A stretch of DNA of 63,063 nucleotides, counting the filler, from Octopus bimaculoides (lineage: Eukaryota): the NCBI RefSeq assembly GCF_001194135.2. It is 4 parts of 3 records of this genome, joined end to end, with 100 filler letters (N's around TTAATTAATTAA, not from the genome) between each part and the next. Parts side by side here need not be neighbours in the genome. Positions count along the whole stretch, not along the records: positions 1 to 20,475 come from NC_068991.1; positions 20,576 to 40,073 come from NC_068989.1; 2 more parts are not named here. The stretch is one strand, 5' to 3'. Positions 13,814 to 25,303 of this stretch are shown piece after piece; within the stretch, counting starts at the first letter, position 1; every line of letters starts with the position of its first letter. The position numbers were made by a program, and so were the translations under genes. The notes under the pieces are model-generated. The model saw only the letters and a list, made by a program, of their open reading frames with translations, was not told the DNA's origin and ran no database searches.

Positions 13814-14030
13814 GGGGTGAGCTGGCAGAATCGTTAGCATGCCGGGCAAAATGCTGAAGCGATATTTCGCCTGTCTTTACGTTCTGAGTTCAAATGCCGC
13901 TGCGGTCGTCTTTGCCTTTCATCCTTTCGGGGTCGATAAATTAAGTACCAGTGAAACACTGGGGTCGGTGTAATTGTCTAGTCCTCCCGCACAACATTTC
14001 AGGCCTCTTGCCTATAGTAGAAAGAATAAT
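13814..14030 (+). mobile_element. SINE family A, full length, tail B
   Basis: GAGCTGGCAGAATCGTTAG head, GAGTTCAAAT B-box, central block. Confidence 0.88.
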
Positions 14031-14205
14031 TAGCACGTAGGGCATAATGCTTAGCGGCTTTCATCCGTTTTACGCTCTTTGTTCAAATTCCGTCGAAGTC
14101 AAATTTGCTTTCATCCTTTCGCGATCGACAAATCAAATACCACTCAAGTACTGAGATCCCCTTCCCACCAAATTCCAGTCATTGTGCCTGTAGTAGAAAG
14201 GATTA
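14031..14205 (+). mobile_element. SINE family A, diverged tandem copy, tail B
   Basis: TAGCACG..ATGCTTAGCGG..GTTCAAATTCC..TTTCATCCTTTCG..TGTGCCTGTAGTAGAAAG. Confidence 0.75.
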
Positions 14206-14452
14206 TATATTCAGTTATTGAGCGAAATTGTAAGAATATACAGAACCTTCTAAACTCAATTTCCTAATCATTTCTTGCGGTACAGATTATATTCCTTGTA
14301 AGAAATGGATGTAATTCCTTACAAAAACGATAATTAAAAGTGTTTTCTGTGCATTAGGCTATGTACCAGCAAACTTACCCCAAAACCTTTAGATACTAAA
14401 TTTCGCACAGAAATAGCAAAAGGCACGCATGCGCAGTTTCCAAATCCAATAT

Positions 14453-14665
14453 ATTTATTTCTTTAGTGCACAGGAGGTAAACATAGAGGGGCAAACAGGG
14501 ACAAAGGGATTAAGTCGATTACATCTACCCCAGTATGTAACTGGTACTCATTTAATCGACCCTGAAAGGATGAAAGGCAAAGTCGACTTTGGTGGAATTC
14601 GAACTCAGAACGTAGCGGCAGACGAAATACCGGCGTGCTAACAGTTCTGCCAGCTCGCTGCCTTA
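14453..14665 (-). mobile_element. SINE family A, tail A
   Basis: Family A sequence on the minus strand with a short internal deletion in the head. Confidence 0.88.
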
Positions 14666-14680
14666 AATGAAATTCTCTTC

Positions 14681-14867
14681 GACTTGAGGCACAAGGCCCA
14701 ACATTTTGGGGGAGGAGAAAGTCAGATCAACCCCAGCACACAACTGCTTCTTAATCCATCGACCTCCGAAAGGATAAAAGGCAAAGTCGACCTCGGCGGA
14801 ATTTGAACTCAGGTCGTAACGGCAGACGAAATACCGCTAAGCATTTCGCCCGGCGTGCTAACGTTTC
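14681..14867 (-). mobile_element. SINE family A, tail B, lacking the first ~15 nt
   Basis: Ends at GTGCTAACGTTTCT, directly abutting the next copy. Confidence 0.85.
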
Positions 14868-15087
14868 TTATTTCTTTATTGCCCACAAGGGGCTAAACAT
14901 AGAGTAGACAAAGGGATTAAGTCGATTACATCGACCCCAGTGCGTAACTGGTACTTAATTTATCGACCCCGAAAGGATGAAAGGCAAAGTCGACCTCGGC
15001 AGAATTTGAACTCAGAACTTAAAAACAGACGAAATACCGCTAAGTATTTCGCCCGGCGTGTTAACGTTTCTGCCAGCTCGCCGCCTT
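14868..15087 (-). mobile_element. SINE family A, full length, tail A
   Basis: Close match to the other family A copies. Confidence 0.9.
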
Positions 15088-15879
15088 CAAATTCAATACG
15101 TTATCAGAACAGTGAAGATTTGGTAGACATTCGAAAGATTCTCCATCTGAGATTCTTTAGATGAATAGATGCACACCGTTGGGTGTGTGCAATGACACCT
15201 CATATCAACACACCAACTCACCCACACATATTTACAAACATGGACTACGCTCTTAACTCAAAACGTCTTGTTGCTTTTTTGGTGACCGGTTTGAAGTCTC
15301 TTAAGAAGAACTTAAATATAACTCAGAGTAAAAGTATACCTACATAAACTCTCGCCTTAATACGTATATACAATCAAACATTACTTCATAAGATGTCAAA
15401 CGGTGTTGCAGACACGTGTTTACAAATATATTCTCCAAATTATACATTTACAAGTTCAGACACGTATATCCTTTCAAAGAGACATATGTATATATATTAC
15501 ATATAATATACATACATACGTATGCATGCGTGTGTGTGTACATATGGTACATATGTGTGTATAAGCACATCAAAAAGTTAATTCCGGCTTCAACACGAAC
15601 CATAAGGTCATTAGATTTGTAAAGAGACTCCACCCTAACAGTAGCTCTCAGTGAGCTGCAAGGGTTTTATAAAATAATAATAATAATAACAACAATAGCG
15701 GCAACACAAATCAAGTGATTTTCCAAAATCTAATTAACAGTGTTGATAAAATTTGTTAGCGGGATTCACTTCAAAGGCAACTTAAAATTGTACTTGCCGC
15801 TAGGGGGCAGCAGCGTAGAATGTGGTTTTTAATGTTGAAGCTGGTGGTTAGTGTTCTTGTTAATGTAACTACTGCTTCT

Positions 15880-15916
<37 letters not shown>

Positions 15917-15991
15917 CAGCAGGAACGGCAGCAGTAGTGAAAGTAGTAGTAGTAGTAGTAGTAGTAGTAGCAATAACGGTAGCAGTAGTGA

Positions 15992-16039
<48 letters not shown>

Positions 16040-16060
16040 CAAGAACGGTAGCAGTAGTGA

Positions 16061-16114
<54 letters not shown>

Positions 16115-16124
16115 NNNNNNNNNN

Positions 16125-16171
<47 letters not shown>

Positions 16172-16192
16172 CAAGAACGGTAGCAGTAGTGA

Positions 16193-16255
<63 letters not shown>

Positions 16256-16420
16256 AAGCAACAGTAGCAGCAGGAACAGCAGCAGTAGTTGAAGTAGTAT
16301 TAGTAGTAGTAGTAGCAGTAGTAGCGATGGTGGTGGTGGTGGAAGTTGTGGTGGTGTTAATGGAGGTTGTGGTGGCAGTAATGCCGGCGCCGGTGGTGGT
16401 GGCGAAGGCGGTGGGATATT
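15880..16420. repeat. (AGT)n repeat with a higher-order unit CAAGAACGGTAGCAGTAGTGAAA
   Basis: About 5 variant copies of the unit separated by (GTA)n runs. Confidence 0.9.
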
Positions 16421-16950
16421 GTGATGGTTGATGTAACAACAACGACGTAGCTGAGTACAAATGATACAGCAGTAGTTGCAAAATTAATGGTAGCACCAAT
16501 AATAGCTGTACCTACACTAATAGTATGAGTCGTAGTATGAGGAGAAGAATACGAGTTAGAAGCATCCCCGTTGATGAACCCAACACGGATGATGAGTAAG
16601 AGAAGGAGAATGTGAGATAACTAGGCGGTAGACAAGGACACTATGTATTTCTCTTGCTTTACTTATTATACTTTAGGTATTTCAAGCCCCAAAGTAATAA
16701 GAATAGTTGTAAAAGACAAGCTAGTTAAAGCTTGAATGGAGGTAAACAACGGCAAGTATGAAAGAAAAAAAAAATCACCTGTAAATTTAGAGAAACGTAT
16801 TGAATTATAAAGCTGTAGTTTGCTCCATCTGAACACAAGAGGAACGATAGTCGTCGATGGGATAGACTTCATTTTAGCGCCCCTCGGTCAGCGTTCAAAA
16901 AAATCGGCAACGACGATGCCTCCAACAACGATATCAACGACAAGAACGGC

Positions 16951-17009
<59 letters not shown>

Positions 17010-17011
<2 letters not shown>

Positions 17012-17143
17012 GAAAACAGCACTGCTTGGAACCACCCGAATACTCCGAAAGGTGCTCGAAAAATATGGGGTGTTACCTTAGTTGACTGTCAGGGAACAGA
17101 TGACACTGTAGTACGACTCTAGCGTTAGAAGCTGTGCAAAGGC
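17010..17143 (+). mobile_element. R4/Dong-like non-LTR retrotransposon, short 3' end inside (AAT)n
   Basis: QKTALLGTTRILRKVLE (typical RLE-element C-terminus) plus short 3' UTR; (AAT)n at 16951-17009 and 17144-17232. Confidence 0.8.
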
Positions 17144-17232
<89 letters not shown>

Positions 17233-17235
<3 letters not shown>

Positions 17236-17378
17236 AAAGACCTGGAAATAGAGGTAACTCGAATGTGGAATCTAAAAACAGAAACAAATCCTATCATAGT
17301 AGGTGCCTTAGGTATAATAAAAAAATATTCAGACAAATACATAACAAAAACACCAGGACTTACAAATATATATATAAC
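17233..17378 (+). mobile_element. R4/Dong-like RLE-domain fragment, running into a gap
   Basis: YKDLEIEVTRMWNLKTETNPIIVGALGIIKK; 5' junction directly on (AAT)n. Confidence 0.8.
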
Positions 17379-18311
17379 NNNNNNNNNNNNNNNNNNNNNN
17401 NNNNNNNNNNNNNNNNNNNNNNNNNNNNNNNNNNNNNNNNNNNNNNNNNNNNNNNNNNNNNNNNNNNNNNNNNNNNNNNNNNNNNNNNNNNNNNNNNNNN
17501 NNNNNNNNNNNNNNNNNNNNNNNNNNNNNNNNNNNNNNNNNNNNNNNNNNNNNNNNNNNNNNNNNNNNNNNNNNNNNNNNNNNNNNNNNNNNNNNNNNNN
17601 NNNNNNNNNNNNNNNNNNNNNNNNNNNNNNNNNNNNNNNNNNNNNNNNNNNNNNNNNNNNNNNNNNNNNNNNNNNNNNNNNNNNNNNNNNNNNNNNNNNN
17701 NNNNNNNNNNNNNNNNNNNNNNNNNNNNNNNNNNNNNNNNNNNNNNNNNNNNNNNNNNNNNNNNNNNNNNNNNNNNNNNNNNNNNNNNNNNNNNNNNNNN
17801 NNNNNNNNNNNNNNNNNNNNNNNNNNNNNNNNNNNNNNNNNNNNNNNNNNNNNNNNNNNNNNNNNNNNNNNNNNNNNNNNNNNNNNNNNNNNNNNNNNNN
17901 NNNNNNNNNNNNNNNNNNNNNNNNNNNNNNNNNNNNNNNNNNNNNNNNNNNNNNNNNNNNNNNNNNNNNNNNNNNNNNNNNNNNNNNNNNNNNNNNNNNN
18001 NNNNNNNNNNNNNNNNNNNNNNNNNNNNNNNNNNNNNNNNNNNNNNNNNNNNNNNNNNNNNNNNNNNNNNNNNNNNNNNNNNNNNNNNNNNNNNNNNNNN
18101 NNNNNNNNNNNNNNNNNNNNNNNNNNNNNNNNNNNNNNNNNNNNNNNNNNNNNNNNNNNNNNNNNNNNNNNNNNNNNNNNNNNNNNNNNNNNNNNNNNNN
18201 NNNNNNNNNNNNNNNNNNNNNNNNNNNNNNNNNNNNNNNNNNNNNNNNNNNNNNNNNNNNNNNNNNNNNNNNNNNNNNNNNNNNNNNNNNATATATATAT
18301 ATATATAAATA

Positions 18312-18620
18312 GCGCAGGAGTGGCTGTGTGGTAAGTAGCCTGCTTACCGACCACATGGTTCCGGATTCAGTCCCACTGCGCGGCCTTGGGCAAGTGTCTT
18401 CTACTATAGCCTCGAGCCGACCAAAGCCTTGTGAGTGGATTTGGCAGACGGAAACTGAAAGAAGCCCGTCGTGCATATGTATATGTATATATATGTGTGT
18501 GTTTGTGTGCCTATGTTTATCCTTCCAACATCGCTTGACAACCGATGCTGGTGTGTTTACGTTCCCGTAACCTAGTGGTTCGGCATAAAAGACCGATAGA
18601 ATAAGTACGAGGTTTAAAAA
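18312..18620 (+). mobile_element. CORE-like tRNA SINE family C, 3'-partial
   Basis: Head GCGCAGGAGTGGCTGTGTGGTAAG..GGATTCAGTCCC, CORE-like CCTTGGGCAAGTGTCTT, internal (TA)(TG) tract. Confidence 0.88.
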
Positions 18621-19744
18621 TGTATCGCCAACTTAAATTCCATAATAATTCTAGTGACAATTGTAGAATTTCGAGGCTGGTGCATCTAATTAAGAAAATC
18701 TGTAACAATAGCCATTATTATAAACCTCCCTTGCAATTTAATTACAAAACAGCGACGGAAGTAGTCTTGTCGAATATAACCACATCAAGTTACAAAATCT
18801 TTAAAATCTGTAATATTGCTATTAATTCCTTTAGTATAATATGGTGTATTATATACATGTTACTATGCATGTGTATTATATTTCCTTTTACTTTTGTCTC
18901 GTCTGCTTAGCTTTGAAAACACTGGACTTTAAATGAAATGTATAACATGAATTCTTTTTTTTGGGGGGGGGCGTACAGACCGACCAGATATGCGGATTTG
19001 GAAACGTCTACAGTTGACGGCAAAGCGAATCAGCTGTACAGAATTTTCAATTTCGAAACTGGATTTAAGGCTTCATTCTGTGCCTTGCACTGATAATGAA
19101 AGAGGGAAAATCATTTTGATAGATACAATACAGAAATTGCACAGGATGCATTGCCTTATATAAAAAAGTTATATTTTAAATTATAAAAGGAAATAATAAT
19201 ACTAGATACGAGACAAAAGGAAAAGAAAATGAATGATATCTTAGTTACAAAATATATCCTTTAATAAGAGTAGTGAAAAGTTAGAAAAAGAGCAACACCA
19301 AAGTAAAGGCAATACTATCTTTTATATTTTAAAGTCCAGTCACAGATTTTGCTTTCACAAGCAATTAAACAGGCGGGAACAACTCTTGTAAGACAGACAT
19401 GTAATGTGAATGGCGCAGAAAAGAATCACAAGATCCTTCGAGCCGAGCAAACTGGTAGGAGTCCAGGTGGTAGAACGAAAAAGCGATAATTAGATTAATA
19501 TCTCGTGTTGCTTCTGACGGTTGCCTCTGATAAGACCTTATGGAGGAGGTGTCTGGGGCCGCTACACTTACGACCCCGCCAAAACTATGGCTGAGAAAAT
19601 GGATGGTTAGATGGGTGGTATATGCATGTCTGTGGCGGGAGCTTAGTAATACAGGAATTGAAGAAAAGAGGCTGATGCTATATTAAAGATGCTTCAGTTG
19701 GAAATTTATGACATGAAACACAACAAAAGGGTCAGATATCTTTC

Positions 19745-19905
19745 TTAAGCCATAGAGTCATAGGACAGGTTTCCTGAAATCTGTTGCATAAACATTGCCC
19801 CCCCACCACCGGAGGTACGAAGGGTCGTCGCAAGAAACCTAAGCTTTGCCAGATGAGTGGAATGAAGCAACATGAATTGCTCAAGAACGGAGCACATCGG
19901 TCGGT
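19745..19905 (-). mobile_element. Degenerate CORE-type SINE fragment
   Basis: GAAGCAACATGAATTGCTCAAGAAC resembles GAGCAACGTGAAATGAAGCACTTTGCTCAAG at 21364. Confidence 0.45.
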
Positions 19906-20431
19906 TCTACAATCTTACAATCAGCAACACCATAACCAGGAAGCCACATGCTTTCACGAATAAGACACAGAAAGAAATGCAAGCAGACAGCCGCACATGA
20001 AAGAATAAACGTAAGAGATATATTCTTAAAGAGATTTCAAAACTAAACGGACCAATAAGCTCTGTATAATAAATAATGTAACATCTTACTGGCCATCTCA
20101 ACACTGGACAACATACAACAATCATGGTTCCAGAAATATTATATACATTCACTTACATACCAAACAATGCATATAGTTAGTCTTATTTGGGTTAAAACAA
20201 ATAGCTTCAATTTCAAAGCCGTCTTTCCACTGATGTTTATTCAATTACATTCAGTAAGGATTCCGTGCAATTCTGAGTAGCGCCAGAGTAAATGGACATG
20301 AGTTTGCACTCTTATCTATATTATTTTATTTGTTGGCGAATTTTTCTCTTCAGGCACCTACAAACAAACGCACATACACACGCATAAACATACACAGACA
20401 TACGTACAGTGATATATATTTATCCACATAC

Positions 20432-20475
<44 letters not shown>

Positions 20476-20575
20476 NNNNNNNNNNNNNNNNNNNNNNNNN
20501 NNNNNNNNNNNNNNNNNNNTTAATTAATTAANNNNNNNNNNNNNNNNNNNNNNNNNNNNNNNNNNNNNNNNNNNN
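20476..20575. other. Artificial scaffold linker N44-TTAATTAATTAA-N44
   Basis: Exactly 100 bp with a six-frame stop spacer; identical structure at 40074 and 61784. Confidence 0.95.
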
Positions 20576-20672
20576 AGTAGATGACGGACGCGATGTACGT
20601 GTTCGCCACCTCCGCCCGACCTTTCAGGGAAAGCTTCCTCTCGGCCCATTGCCGGGCTAGAGTGGCCACCCA
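20576..20672 (-). mobile_element. Tx1/L1-like RT fragment
   Basis: WVATLARQWAERKLSLKGRAEVANTYIASVIY; same family as 32275-33175; abuts (GATA)n. Confidence 0.8.
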
Positions 20673-20702
20673 GATAGATAGATAAATAGAATAGAATAGA
20701 AT

Positions 20703-20741
<39 letters not shown>

Positions 20742-20751
20742 ATAGAATAGA

Positions 20752-20790
<39 letters not shown>

Positions 20791-21194
20791 TTCACTTGGC
20801 TACAACGATCATTGGAAGCAGCGCATAATTTTTCTCTCTGTATTTAAATCAGTTTCCTGACTACCGTAGATTTTACCCTGAGAACATGTGTATCACATCA
20901 CTTCTAAAGTAATGAAATATATACTTTACACAAAGGGATATATATANNNNNNNNNNNNNNNNNNNNNNNNNNNNNNNNNNNNNNNNNNNNNNNNNNNNNN
21001 NNNNNNNNNNNNNNNNNNNNNNNNNNNNNNNNNNNNNNNNNNNNNNNNNNNNNNNNNNNNNNNNNNNNNNNNNNNNNNNNNNNNNNNNNNNNNNNNNNNN
21101 NNNNNNNNNNNNNNNNNNNNNNNNNNNNNNNNNNNNNNNNNNNNNNNNNNNNNNNNNNNNNNNNNNNNNNNNNNNTATATATATATATATATGA

Positions 21195-21483
21195 TGGACT
21201 CTCACGTCGTTAGGGTTGAACAATTTCTTACCGAACAACGACACTGATGATTTGTTTATAGTGATCAAATGATTGTGTAGACGAAATCTCAGTGCCTCCA
21301 TCTGATCGACATAAACAGTACAGGTGCAACGAGTTCAACATGTCAAATGACGAAACGCTCACAGAGCAACGTGAAATGAAGCACTTTGCTCAAGTACACA
21401 ACGCAACGCACGGTCTGGGAATCGAACCCGCGATTTCGCAATCGTGAGTGCAACGCCCTAACAACTAAGCCATGTGCCTTCAC
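21195..21483 (-). mobile_element. tRNA-derived CORE-type SINE, another head variant
   Basis: Minus strand GTGAAGGCACATGGCTTAGTTGTTAGGGCG..GGGTTCGATTCCC..CTTGAGCAAAGTGCTTCATTTCAC; 3' boundary approximate. Confidence 0.75.
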
Positions 21484-22210
21484 ATATATGTATTGCATCT
21501 TTCTCTCTCTCCCATCCCTCCTCCTCTCTCTCTCTCTGTATATATAAACACACACAAACATATATATATATATATATATACACACTCTCACTCACTCACA
21601 CACACACATATATAGGTAGATAGATAGCTATGATTATCGGGAATTACTTTTGAGATTTTATCAATATTTTTATCTATCTTGTCACACGTCTTTGGTTTTT
21701 ACAGCATCACTTCCTCTCCACCTCTTTCTTCCTTCTATCTCTCTCTTTCTTTTTCTCTCGCTGTTCACATTTCTACACACAGACATACGTACAAGCATAC
21801 AAACACATATATATACATACAAATATATATATAATTTGCAAACAAACTCTGGAAGCATCGAACGTGCTTCGTATTTTACAGACAAGAAATTCAATATCAA
21901 ACGCAGTATAGCCATGAAAACAATAGAAAAATTGGCTATTTTACCCTTATGCGACAGAAAAAGTTGACAGCAGACGGCGACTGGACTCGACCTCACACCC
22001 CTCAGATACCGGTTGAATACTCTACTCAGTCGGTGTCTGCGGGGTATCTCAATGTTAATGCTAAATAATGATAGCTTTTGGAATGCAGTAACATTTTGTA
22101 AACTAACTTAAAAGTGTAAAATATCCAATCGTTCTGCTGTTTTATATGACTATACTGAGTTAGAAATGTACTTTTTTTTCTGTAATATGTATGTGTGTGT
22201 GTGTGAGTGT

Positions 22211-22261
<51 letters not shown>

Positions 22262-22988
22262 CATCGTTCAATCTGTATACATTTGCATACATATATGCAT
22301 ATTTAAGGACATTTTTAAGGACATATACACATACATACGTACACAAAGACATACACATTCATTTATTGAATTTGAACATTCATGGTCTCTATAACCCGTT
22401 TCTCATTGCCGTTGTTCATTTATGTGACCATCATCCATTTTACGCACAACTTTCACCAAAGTTCACTACATCAAACTTCAGGAATTTTTAAACAGCTGCT
22501 CACAACTATTTAATTAAATCTGCTTCTGTTGTAGCTAGAATACTATAATTAATTATAATTATATGAACAGAAGAACATCGAGTTAAACATGTACTGTTTC
22601 TAACTTCAAATCACTTTGAGGTCAGTTTTGTTTTTTTTATTCTTCAGATTTCGAAAAATAGGGAAGGAGTGGTGTATTAGAGCCGATTTAATATTCCTAT
22701 AAAATATCTTAACGTGAATGAACAGGAAACCTTGCCTGAAGTAGGTAATATGTTATGTTTAGACTTATACTCCAATTCCATTAGATATAAATGTCTTGAA
22801 TTGACACGAAACAAAATTTATAACAGTAAAAAGGAAAAGGAGATTTACTGTTATTTCATAGGTTCATGGGCGATATTAATGATTCTACTATGATGAAGTG
22901 ACGTGAAATTCAGGCTGAAGAAATAGAAAAATAACAGAATATGTATCTTTATTCTGCTTACAAATGATTCTAATGGTGATGCTGATGA

Positions 22989-23030
<42 letters not shown>

Positions 23031-23063
23031 CAGTAGTAGTAGTAGTAGTAGTAGTAGTAGTTA

Positions 23064-23406
23064 GTTGACACTCCGTCGCTTACGACATCGTGAAATTAAC
23101 TTGAAAGTGGCTGAGCACTCCACAGACACGTGTACCCTTAGCGTAGTTCTCGGGGATATTCAACGTGACACAGTGTGACAAGGCTGGCCCTTTGAATTAC
23201 AGGCACAACAGAAACAGGAAGTAAGAGTGAGAGAAAGTTGTGGTGGAAGAGTACAGCAGGGTTCGCCACCATCCCCTGCCGGAGCCTCGTGGAACCTTTA
23301 GGTGTTTTCGCTCAATAAACACTCACAACGCCCGGTCTGGGAATCGAAACCGCGATCCTATGACCGCGAGTCCGCTGCCCTAACCACTGGGTCATTGCGC
23401 CTCCAC
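23064..23406 (-). mobile_element. SINE family B with a 39-bp internal deletion, flanked by (AGT)n on both sides
   Basis: Colinear with 6985-7366. Confidence 0.9.
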
Positions 23407-23420
23407 GGTAGTATTAGTAT

Positions 23421-23459
<39 letters not shown>

Positions 23460-23462
23460 TAG

Positions 23463-23678
23463 TACTTTCTAATATAGGCACAAGGCCTGAAATTTCCGGG
23501 GAGTGGGTCAGTCGATTAGATCGACACCAGTACGCAACTGGTGCTTAATTCATAGACCCGAAAAGGATGAAAGGAAAAGTCGAGCTCAACGGAATTTGAA
23601 CTCAGACCGTAGCGACGGGCGAAATTCTGCCAACCATTTTGCCCGCGTGCTAACGATTTAACCACCTCACCACCTTAA
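23463..23678 (-). mobile_element. SINE family A, tail B
   Basis: Central block and GGCACAAGGCC tail. Confidence 0.82.
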
Positions 23679-23684
23679 ATTATG

Positions 23685-23750
<66 letters not shown>

Positions 23751-23754
<4 letters not shown>

Positions 23755-24020
23755 AAGCAGTTAATGCGTGCGTAGTATGGAGTGGAAATTATAAAATGGA
23801 AAAAGAGAGAAGTGAATAAAATGGATTCCAAGACCAGAAAAATGTTGACACTACACAGAGCCTATCACCCTAAGTGTGACACCAAGAGGCTGTACTTGTT
23901 CAGAAGAAAGGGTGAGAGAGGTTTCATCAGTTGCCAGGATGGTATCAAAGCAGAGGAAAACAGCTTAGGGTGGTATGTAAAAAATGCCGTGGAGCCAATT
24001 TTGAAACACACGACGATAAA
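23751..24020 (+). mobile_element. R4/Dong-like RT C-terminal fragment
   Basis: KMDSKTRKMLTLHRAYHPKCDTKRLYLFRRKGERGFISCQDGIKAEENSLGWYVK; 5' junction on (AAT)n 23683-23750. Confidence 0.82.
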
Positions 24021-24039
24021 TGGCTCTCACTCTATGTAT

Positions 24040-24583
24040 GTCATTATTCAGTTTTATTTCAAGACTTTTCGCCAATAGAGAAAGAGCTGGTTTCTAACTT
24101 AAATATAAGGCTCCCTCGCTAGAACTTCAACAACAGGGTATTTTTGCATGGATTTCTAGATATGCGCAGTATTTAGAGACACGGCATGTGCACATTTGTA
24201 TGCTTTGTTTTACCTATGTATTCTATTGCTTATACTTGCATTTTACTTAAATGCATTTATACTTGAATGCATTTATACTTAAATGATAAACTTTTGGAAA
24301 GTTTTACAGATTTTTACAGTTCTAGTGATGATCAGTAGTTTTCATATCAGCTGTCTCCTCTCTAGTTTAGAGAAGCCTAATTTTTCAAGATTGGTATTTT
24401 GACAGTGTGTTACATATACCAGTGTCCCAATGATTACAGGTATAAACCTAAACTTGTAACCTGGACAGAGTAACTCTATATTTCTTAACAGTTCAGCGTA
24501 GGTATTGTCTTTTTCGCTGATCTTTAGCTTTATTTCCACAACTGTACACATTTCCTGTTCTCTACCCCACATCACTATGTCAG
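24040..24583 (-). mobile_element. RLE-type non-LTR retrotransposon, 3' part (endonuclease plus 3' UTR), in (CATA)n
   Basis: SDIVMWGREQEMCTVVEI..KISEKDNTYAELLRN..FIPVIIGTLVYV..RTVKICKTFQKFII*, then about 250 nt of 3' UTR. Confidence 0.82.
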
Positions 24584-24726
24584 ATGTATGTGTGCATGTA
24601 TGCATGTATGTATGTATGTATGTATGTATGTATGTATGTATGTATATATGTATGTATGTATGTATGAATGTATGTATGTATGAATGTATGTATGAATGCA
24701 TGTATGTGTGTGTGTACGTGTGTGTG

Positions 24727-24758
<32 letters not shown>

Positions 24759-24805
24759 TGTATGTGTGTGTGTGTGTGTACGTGTGTGTGTGTGTATGTA
24801 TGCAT

Positions 24806-25303
24806 GTTTATTCCTAGATTTCTTGCCTATAAAGATTCGGTTTCTAACCTAAATCCAAGGCTGAGAATCTATCATATGTATTAGATAGGAAATCAAATTA
24901 GTCATACTTTAAATGACATCGTTATTCGAACGAGCGCACCACAGTGAAGAAGAATGTTTACGTTAGTTAGTTATGTTTTCGTATCTCAACCTGTTTGAAT
25001 TTTCGTTTTATATTTACAAGCTTCTGCACCGGAATTTTAAGCATCAAGATATTTCCGCATATTTCTGTGTATGCATGCAATATTTGGAGTCAAGGCATGT
25101 GCAGATTTGTGTGCTTTGTTTTATGTATGAATTCGCATGCATACGGTTGCATCTCTAGTAATTCGCATATGCACTTAAATGCTACACTTTTGGAAAGTTT
25201 TACATATTTTGACAATCCCATTGATAGCTTATATCTATAATCTTTCAACTAGCTTTCTTGTTTCTGAAATTGGGTAGTCTAACACAGTAGACCAATATAT
25301 TAA
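24806..25303 (-). mobile_element. Second diverged copy of the same RLE family, in (CATA)n
   Basis: ETRKLVERL..INGIVKICKTFQKCSI* plus homologous 3' UTR; about 150 bp of non-matching sequence at 24870-25020. Confidence 0.72.
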
